From NCBI GenBank assembly GCA_965637545.1, contig OZ281498.1, positions 20,708,001 to 20,772,000 of the forward strand: DNA of 64,000 nt, in the 5' to 3' direction. Of this stretch, positions 57,101 to 64,000 are shown piece by piece. Both the position numbers and the translations under genes were made by a program. The notes under the pieces were generated by a model. The model had not been told where the DNA came from. It made no database searches and saw only the letters and a program-made list of their open reading frames with translations. Each line of letters begins with the position of its first letter. Within the stretch, counting starts at the first letter, position 1. The stretch comes from Phallusia mammillata. Lineage: Eukaryota.

Positions 57101-60100
57101 TTCAAATTCCGCTACATTTGCGCTGTAATTTCACTTTCCGTTGACAAAAGTACATGTGCACAAGGTGTGTATTAATTTTTGCGTGGAACCTTATATATCG
57201 CAGACCTTTATCGGACGGGCTTGCACTTTCGGGTTTGCCATAAAATTTCGGCACGCTTGGAACAGCAATCAAATGGGTTGTAAACGTAGTTTTACGCAAG
57301 ACAGGTGTATATAACCATTTATGGTTGATATAAATGCATTGTATCACTAAAAATCGCATGAGCATTTGCCGAAACCTTTGAAAATAGTACGTGTCGCTTA
57401 AATCTGGCACATTATACTTTATTATAAAAAAGTATGCAACCTAAATGCTGTTAATTGAATAAAGGTTATGTGGCCCGCTGAGACGATTGAATTTAAAATT
57501 TTGTGTGGCCCGCTACACTATTTTAGTGCGATTTTACTGGTACTCAGTAATCAGTATACACGTGTTTGATACACGCAGTAAAGACAATTGTATAGTATAA
57601 AGACGGGTCCCGCTGCCTTATTAATTATTTTATAGACACTGATTAATAATTGCACGCCGTTTTTGCAGTTACATTCAGGCACTTTATTTTACTTAATCTT
57701 CCAATAATTGATTTCCGATGGGTTTTTCATTTATTTTAATCTCTGTGTATTTGACAAATCTTAATGACGTTTAAGTGTTACAATGAAAAATATTTGATTG
57801 TTTAGATAACTGCTGAATTTGTCGAAAGCTGTTTTCTTGCATCCAAACATGCGGTAACAGATAAAATCAGATTTTTGCGCTATGACGTCAATATCACTAT
57901 TTGCGACGTAAATTTTAAGTGACCAACATGAGTTAGAATTTAATTTGGATTTTAAAATGCCAAAAATCGTTACATATTGTAATATTTATCCAGCTGTCAT
58001 AACGTAACTTGAGCTTTTAGTGACGTCACGTGGGAATAATTTATCAAATCTTACCATTGTGACGTCACTATTAGGCCATGACGTTTTTAGTTTTTTTCAT
58101 TATGACTAAATACAAATTACTCAATAAAAGGCGTTAGTGCACTCGAAAACAAGTCTATCCATCCGGGTTTAATCGCACCCTTACACTTGGAGAGCCACCA
58201 AGATTTGCATGCAGATAAACTTGCACGATGTTATGAATAATTCAACAGCTACATGCTTTAACGCGTTTCGCTGTATGATTGACGTGACCTTGGGTGACCC
58301 GGTGTCACGTGGAAGGTGAAACCGCTATTCCTAAGAGCGTTTTTTCACCACCCCTAATGGCCTTGAAAATGGTTTTAGCGGTTTGGATGCGTAGATTTTT
58401 TTTTGTTTTTTAAGGCCGGTTTAATGACGATTTGGCATACTTGTTTTGAGTAATTATGGTCTATTTTCAATTTAAAAAAAATACTGTAACCCCAAGAACT
58501 CAATAGGTTAACAGGGTTACTTATGTTTATCTGTCGGTTTATTTCCTTCAAGTTTTTGATGTTTACTATTGGCAATGTAAACATGGCTATTTGCAATGTC
58601 ATGTATTGTATGAATACTGCATGTATAATTTACACTTTTAAAACAAACAAATAATTTCTGTTACAGAATCAAACACATACGGCAACTGCCCTTCAAGTGT
58701 ACTTTAACCTCGGCAGTCTGCGTACACCTGTCGATGACGTGGTGATGACGTCACGTGCCGCAGTAAAGAGAAGCATTCGTATGGCGTTGGACACAAACGT
58801 CATCAGTCAAACTTCGAACCCTACACAAGTACCCAAAGGTAAAAAATATAGCAAATGCTTTGGTTTGCGTTTGGGTTGATGCAAGTTTACAACCGCTGTC
58901 ATATTGTTCGTGAATGTGAACTCACTAATGTAGCAGCTGCTAGCATCTGTTATTTCACCAACACGCGTAAGTAAGCTTTTATACCACCACGGGCTAGAAT
59001 CCACAACAAAAACCCAGTGCAATTTCTGGATTTTGCATTGTTTTAGCGCTGGGTTTCAACCGTTCGCCAAGGGGTAAAACAAGTTGTCGTTTAGTTGCTT
59101 AGGGAACAATGGGTCAATTGGTGGTTAGAACTACAAATATTAAATTCGCATTACTACTTAAACAGCAGTCACATAATCGAATTATCGTTTTCACAGGTCC
59201 CGGAAAAGCGGGGGGAATCCCCACACCTGGAAACAGCGCCATGTTTCGTGTCGGCTTGTGGAATAACATGGAGACGCTGATCGACCAGATCACAAGTGTT
59301 TGCAATCAGGTTGGTGTGAGAAAAGATGCCTGTTTGTAACCGTTATCTTAACTCTTAGACTGTAAAATTTTTGTTTAAACTTTTGGCGGTTTTGTTAAAG
59401 AGGTATTGTGTCTTCCTATTCGTCCTCCAAACATACACCTGTATGTAACATATTAACTCAACACCAACGACTTAGCAAGGATCTGTTTATAAGTCGAAAC
59501 AAAGGTCCACATAGACAATAAAACGCCATACTTTATTTTCAAGCCTACGGGTAATCGGAATAAGATCACATTTGCCAGAAGAGCTCTACAAACTTGATAT
59601 TATGCCTGGCAGCAATAGCTTATATATCTACAGGGTAATGTTGCATGCACGTATTGCCCCGTATTTTTATATATTTAGAACCGTGTGAGTATTTAGAAAC
59701 CCAATTAGGCAAATGCTCTTGCCATACTCTGTGATCAGTCATATCTGAGCCTTAATATTTCTCACAAGGTTGAAGCTTGTTCAACACCTTCTTAAAAATT
59801 TCGTATAATTCTTAATCCACCAAACGGGGAAATAAATTCACGGTTGACTGCGCAAATCTTATTCCCAATTTGCTTGAACGTGACTGCAATTACCACTTCA
59901 CCACAAATCGATTCAATTTTTTCTATCAAATTGTGATCAATAATCATCGTGTCATAATGGGACGTGTTTTTGAGTCCACTTTCATCCATTGTGCTAAACC
60001 ATGCCACATGGCGATCCCCTGAAGTGTTTGTGCTCGGATTGTGGATAAACGTCGCAATTTCGAGTTATTGATTTCTTGCTGACAATTTGCTACGTTGATT

Positions 60101-61586
60101 GGGCTGTTTTGAGATTTTTGACCACAGCTATTTGTTTTGTATTAGTCGCGGGTTTGCCATTGCCGATGAAACATATCACACTAAATCTGTGCTTAAAATC
60201 AATAAGATGTACTGCATCTAAAATATTCACGAAATGTTTAAAGCTAATTTGCTGCAAAACAGCACATTAGAATGATGATTAAAACTACATTTTTTCAGCG
60301 TCAATATTCGAGCAGTATTTTTTTTACTAAAATAACAAAATTGGTGTTAAGTTGCACAAAACGTATTCACCCCTGTTGTGTTTCTTTGTATTGGCCCTCG
60401 AATAGTGAAACATACCTTTGATAATTGTCAATTTACATAGCATAGACGAAAAGTAATCACTACAGGCAAAACAGTAATGAATGCGGCACAATAACGAATC
60501 ACGTGACTGTGGAATGTGGGTACGCGATTCACTACATTATAGGAAAGTACACGAATCGTAACACAACTATCTCATTATTCAGACGTTTTCATCAACCTAT
60601 TGTCGTCATAGTGTTGAAAAATCATACGAAAGTTACAAATGGAGGCGGTAGTTGAGGGACAACTCAGACTATACCCACATAATCAATAGTTACATTCTGT
60701 TTGAAAATACCTAACGTGGTTTGAAAAACACTGATTTAATGCTATATGTAAGGGAATAACTTTTCTTCTTTTTGTGAACATTTTTCTTCTAAACCACAGA
60801 GTCGTATATGCGTCTATGAGTGCATGGTTTGGGTAAACCTCAACGAATATAAACTCGTATGTAACACACACATCGACTGTCTACGTTTTGTGTTTCAGAT
60901 GGTTCATTTACACAAGGTGCTGCTGAAAAAACGCGACCCAATCACACACACGCTATTCATAGACGAATTAACAAAGGTAAGTGTCTGTCTTATGTGGTTG
61001 TGTTATTAAACCTTCCCGCATGTTAAGTCACCCCGCCCCTTAAGACGTCACACGTCAATCAAACTTTTCACAGTTAATTTGCATAATTCGCCAGCTCCAT
61101 AGAAGTGGTTGTTATTAAAGTGTAGTTATTAAAATGTAGTGCTTGCGTTGACAGAGTCAGGGCGACTTCAGTTTCGTAAAATCCTTCTGGGAATATCTGA
61201 CTATGACTTTAGATGAAGAACTATCACGAAGTTCACGAGGTGAGTTTTCCTTTGAATATTATTTCGGTTTTCTTACCTTATTTCTCTTTTATCATAATTG
61301 CAGTTCTCACTATTAAAGATAAGGCAATTTAAGGTTATTGCATTGTTGCATCATGACAACTAAAGTGACGTACCCTAATTCAAATCGATTACCTAAAAGA
61401 AACAGAACTTACAAAAGTTGTTGAAAGACAATTTTCATCATTGCATTTGTCACAAATTCGAATTTGTCGATTTTTTTCGCAGCTTCAAATTTCGTCAAGC
61501 AGGCTTTCGAAGGGGAATTTCCGAAGCTGCTACGCCTTTATAACGATTTATGGAGCAAAGTGGAAAGCAATAAAACCATCATACAG
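36128..61586 (+). CDS. COG5: Conserved oligomeric Golgi complex subunit 5, 5' part (11 exons; gene continues beyond the window)
   Basis: join(36128-36176,36540-36679,36960-37072,37458-37527,38796-38916,55568-55698,58667-58838,59197-59309,60899-60976,61155-61239,61483-61586), all GT-AG and phase-consistent. Peptides [80 protein letters not shown] match vertebrate COG5 as I recall it. Confidence 0.97.
36540..36679 (+). CDS. COG5: COG5 exon 2
   Basis: 140 nt; [16 protein letters not shown]...DKELQSQ. Confidence 0.95.
36960..37072 (+). CDS. COG5: COG5 exon 3
   Basis: 113 nt; [38 protein letters not shown]. Confidence 0.95.
37458..37527 (+). CDS. COG5: COG5 exon 4
   Basis: 70 nt; [23 protein letters not shown]. 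Confidence 0.93.
38290..38560. repeat. Degenerate A-rich tandem repeat (~100-bp period) in COG5 intron 4
   Basis: taaa..gtt.ac.gtgaaaa.caagtgc.ataat.aaaca...gaacacagtgaa occurs at ~38355 and ~38452, with shorter partial copies. Confidence 0.6.
38796..38916 (+). CDS. COG5: COG5 exon 5
   Basis: 121 nt; [40 protein letters not shown] + G, donor GTAAGT; opens the 16,651-bp intron 38917-55567. Confidence 0.95.
40067..41075 (-). CDS. GPR22: GPR22-like coding exon 3 (ICL3, TM6, TM7, C-tail)
   Basis: ttttcttgttcacAG acceptor, phase 2; contains CWxP and NPxxY; stop at 40067-40069. Confidence 0.92.
40067..47461 (-). CDS. GPR22: GPR22-like class A orphan GPCR, ~609 aa, 3 coding exons, nested antisense in COG5 intron 5
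   Basis: complement(join(40067-41075,44601-45163,47204-47461)), GT-AG, phases 0 and 2, 1830 nt. TM1 [20 protein letters not shown] (GPR22 LEIVLGLGSNLTVLVLYCMK), TM2 [18 protein letters not shown] (NLHVLDVIICVGCIPLTI), [10 protein letters not shown] (LDRYDISVKP), [10 protein letters not shown] (SVSVIIALRR), FLLCWIP (FLLCWTP), [11 protein letters not shown] (HPLLYAFTRQK). Vertebrate sequence recalled, not searched. Confidence 0.88.
41935..42414. mobile_element. Older hAT-type MITE (480 bp) in GPR22 intron 2
   Basis: TIR caggggtcacca / tggtgacccctg; flanks ctttcaag / ctttgagg (6/8, decayed TSD); gggcc motifs. Confidence 0.75.
44328..44346. repeat. C19 homopolymer
   Basis: 19 consecutive C. Confidence 0.95.
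44601..45163 (-). CDS. GPR22: GPR22-like coding exon 2 (TM2-TM5)
   Basis: 563 nt, phase 0-2; VNLAVVD...[13 protein letters not shown]. Confidence 0.92.
45571..45761. repeat. Inverted repeat pair (~26 bp), possible MITE relic
   Basis: aatttcctttgggaaattgagatttt (45571-45596) versus gaaatctcaatttcccgagggaaatt (45736-45761). Confidence 0.5.
47204..47461 (-). CDS. GPR22: GPR22-like coding exon 1 (N-terminus, TM1)
   Basis: First in-frame ATG at 47461 (in-frame TAA TAA upstream); UTR acceptor tttttttacAG at 47562-47563; donor ACA/GTAAGT. Confidence 0.85.
47740..47990. repeat. Degenerate GAGTAGT-core repeat cluster upstream of the GPR22 coding exon
   Basis: gccgggtagtcatgttttgccttcaaact (47787-47815) versus gccgagtagtcatgttttcctttcaaact (47931-47959), 26/29 identical, plus several more gtagt/agtag cores. 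Confidence 0.65.
51735..52000 (-). other. Candidate non-coding 5' exon of GPR22
   Basis: Perfect minus-strand donor AAAG/GTGAGT at 51734 next to a GC-richer block without a convincing ORF. The 5' boundary is a guess. Confidence 0.35.
52193..52489. mobile_element. hAT-type MITE (297 bp)
   Basis: TIR taggggtgggcaacc / ggttgccacccctg; perfect 8-bp TSD ctttaatc; gggccgca motifs. Confidence 0.9.
54865..55288. mobile_element. Composite repeat with two inverted-repeat pairs enclosing a tRNA-like unit
   Basis: Pair X: 54865-54908 / 55163-55205 (diverged). Pair Y: 55133-55161 / 55260-55288 (27/29). Shares X and the tail with the 8199-8390 insertion. Confidence 0.65.
54957..55030 (-). ncRNA. tRNA-like Pol III unit with unpaired anticodon arm (tRNA pseudogene or SINE head)
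   Basis: GCCTGTGTAGCTCAGTTGGTAGAGCGCGCGTACCGTAAAGAATCCTGTCGTGGGTTCGAATCCCACCGCAGGCC: acceptor GCCTGTG/CGCAGGC, D stem GCTC/GAGC and T stem GTGGG/CCCAC all pair; A and B boxes perfect; no 5-bp anticodon stem in any register I tried; TTTTT follows at 54953-54949. Confidence 0.7.
55568..55698 (+). CDS. COG5: COG5 exon 6
   Basis: 131 nt; [44 protein letters not shown]. Confidence 0.95.
58667..58838 (+). CDS. COG5: COG5 exon 7
   Basis: 172 nt; [18 protein letters not shown]...PTQVPK. Confidence 0.93.
59197..59309 (+). CDS. COG5: COG5 exon 8
   Basis: 113 nt; [38 protein letters not shown]. Confidence 0.93.
60899..60976 (+). CDS. COG5: COG5 exon 9
   Basis: 78 nt; [26 protein letters not shown]. 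Confidence 0.93.
61155..61239 (+). CDS. COG5: COG5 exon 10
   Basis: 85 nt; [28 protein letters not shown], donor GTGAGT. Confidence 0.88.
61483..61586 (+). CDS. COG5: COG5 exon 11
   Basis: 104 nt; [35 protein letters not shown]. Confidence 0.92.
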
Positions 61587-64000
61587 GTTTCTGGTTTTTT
61601 CCGTTATTGTGTTGTAGGAGTATTGACTTTTCAGAGATCAGAAAATTTTGTTTTTTTGTGACGTCATACAATCTTGACGTCAAAACCCGCATTGCACGGT
61701 TGGTTGCGCTCGGATTAAACTTCATAGTTTTTTGGTTTCACCAAGTATATATATTGTTTTGAAGGTTTTTGGTGATTTCGCTTAAAAAATAAAACCTTTG
61801 ATGGTCTCTCGCGGTTTTGAAATCATCAAACTCTTGTTTTTGGAGCCCAGTAATTACACCTGGGTCATTTTGGTGTAGGGACATTGCAATTTATTTTGTT
61901 AATTCTGTGAAAATAAAAATATATTACATGAGATGTAACTGCCATATGCCCATGCGATGATGTTTGAATTGAACCATTGTAGCATTGTTTGTTATTCTTT
62001 GCAAAAAATTTTATCGGATTTTCTTAAGATTTTTTTTTCGCATATAAATCACCTCCCCCTCCAAAAAAAAAGGTTTACGTCAGAATTAATCGCGCAACTA
62101 AACTGACTGAACCGTAAAAAAGTTCTGCACAACTTCTAATCGATGCCATGTCAGTATCAGGATAATACTCCACGTTAAAAAATTCATGTTACTGCCCAAC
62201 CATGCAGCGAGTCATATGTCTTAAAATAAAATGGAAGTGCTGCTGGTGATTTCAGGATCGAAAGGTGCTGAAATATTGATGTTTTGGGCGACATTTTTAC
62301 ACCTGTTTGGATACGGCTTTAGCCTCTGTGTAAAACAAAGCCAAAGTGTTCATTAATGGGTGTCTTGGTTAGAATTTTTTTGACTGACTGAAAATGTATT
62401 AAAAAATCTAATACTTCAAATAGAAATGATTCAGGCCTACGAAGTCTAAATACCTACAACAGTAGAGAAGTGTATGTAGACCAAGGCTCGTATGTTCAAT
62501 AAATGTTTTTTTTACTGATGAAAATGAGATCTGACAACCCTTTGTTTAATTTGCTTGAAAAGAATATTACTTGATTTCTAAAACAGATTTGTTTTTGTTT
62601 ATGACACTTTGACAATGCCAATTTAAAATCCGCATTTTTCCCAAACTTATAAGACTTATATTAAACTTATAAAAAGTAACATTCTTTTTCGGTTTACTTC
62701 CTTACTGGTCACATATTGTTTTCGTACGTCTTTTAATGCCCGACTTTCTCCGTCCGCCCAAGAAAGAATAGTTGAATTTTTTCCCATTTTGCACACATGG
62801 TCAATACCAGCTGCATTTGATCAGTGTAAAATTTGTGCCCAGTTAAACCTACCGAAAACATCCAGGCATTTCCAAAATTAATACACAACGGCTGCTTTTG
62901 TTAATTGATTTGCGCCTAAACCGCTTCATATCCATTTTCTGTGATTGTGTGGAAATTAGGCCTGAAAGTAACACCAAGAAGTAATGATTAAAATCTTTTT
63001 GCTTTGTTGTACGCACATATTGAATCTAGTTCTAGTAATTAATCATGTAGTAGCTAACTAAGCCTGTCACTGTTATTAGGGCATTAAAATGCCTTTTACA
63101 AGCCGTTATGTGGTTTTTTTAAGTAGCTATGCATCAGAACGAATAGTAGCAATTTTGGTACGGCGGGTTTTACTCACTTTGTTATAAGGCCAGTGTTGTA
63201 ACGCTGTAAACCGCTATTTCACAGTTTAACGTAAATCCAAACAATTTCCTTCTTCAAACACTTGAAATCCGAATCCACTTTACAACGTGACTTCAGAATT
63301 TAATCCTGCTAAATTAAAATATGGATTTTAAATCGCTTGTTTATCACCTTTTTTAATTCTCCTTTATGTCGACAGCTCGGTCATTAAATATTAAAATTTT
63401 GGTAATTGCTCATTCCTTTATGTCAACTTGACTGGGATTACGCTTTTTATTACTAAGGGAAATTGCTAATTTACTTTTTCGGTTGATTACATGAAGCTCG
63501 TAATGAAACTCGTTTTAAGCGCACAAGCTTCATAGGCAATGCTGTCATTAGCAAAAAAGGGCAAATTAGAAGAATTTGTAACATTTTCTTGAAAGCCCTT
63601 CATATTTTTATTTCACTTTATTGTGTAATTAATATGAAACAATAATCCGTTTGGCACGCAATTAATTTAAGAGTGGTTAAATGACATTATCGCCAGCACT
63701 TACTTAGAAGCCAGTATATCACGACAAACATTTTATATCCGCTTTGTGTGTTTTAGCCAGCAACTGGCACGTGGTTTCTAAACTTTGTTGTACCGTAGCC
63801 CAAATAGATAGTCGAAATCCATTTGTGGCTGCCAAAGTTTCAAAAATCTACTGTGCGCTCACTATAGAGACTATGAAAGCTTATTCTATTATATAATACA
63901 AGGTATAAATCAAGTTTAAAAAGCCTTATGCTGGGTCATGACCACAGTTTGGAAACCAGCAAGCTAGATAAATTTGTAATTTGTACAAAAGCCGTGAAAT

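Noticed and set aside
61587-64000. Search for further COG5 exons (expected DYDPE / SRLFDPI-like peptides)
   Set aside because: None found in the last 2.4 kb; the next exon is presumed to lie outside the window.

Overview
AT-rich (roughly 36% GC by eye) animal genomic DNA with short GT-AG introns. It is most likely an invertebrate chordate (ascidian/tunicate-like); this is inferred from COG5 and GPR22 orthologues, intron sizes, MITE types and heavy TGACGTCA use. I reconstructed exon chains by hand from splice sites and reading-frame phase; no database searches were run. Four main genes: (1) minus strand 13462-7040, a 7-exon, 598-aa type I membrane mucin-like protein with a signal peptide, Thr-rich repeats and two copies of an unrecognised ~137-aa Cys-capped domain; (2) minus strand 35791-21628, a giant (~3,400 aa if all exons join) mostly disordered Ser/Lys/Arg-rich protein with a 5.1-kb exon and many YDxP/YDEV-type motifs; (3) plus strand, COG5, the first 11 exons from 36128, continuing past the window and head-to-head with gene 2 across 336 bp; (4) minus strand, a GPR22-like rhodopsin-class GPCR (47461-40067, 3 coding exons) nested antisense in the 16.65-kb COG5 intron 5. 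That intron appears to be at the same codon and phase as the one hosting GPR22 in human COG5. Also present: a tRNA-Asp(GTC) gene, a tRNA-like Pol III unit with a broken anticodon arm inside an inverted-repeat element, a related perfect 38-bp hairpin insertion, at least six hAT-type MITEs with target-site duplications, and a 148-aa orphan ORF. No CRISPR array or rRNA was seen.
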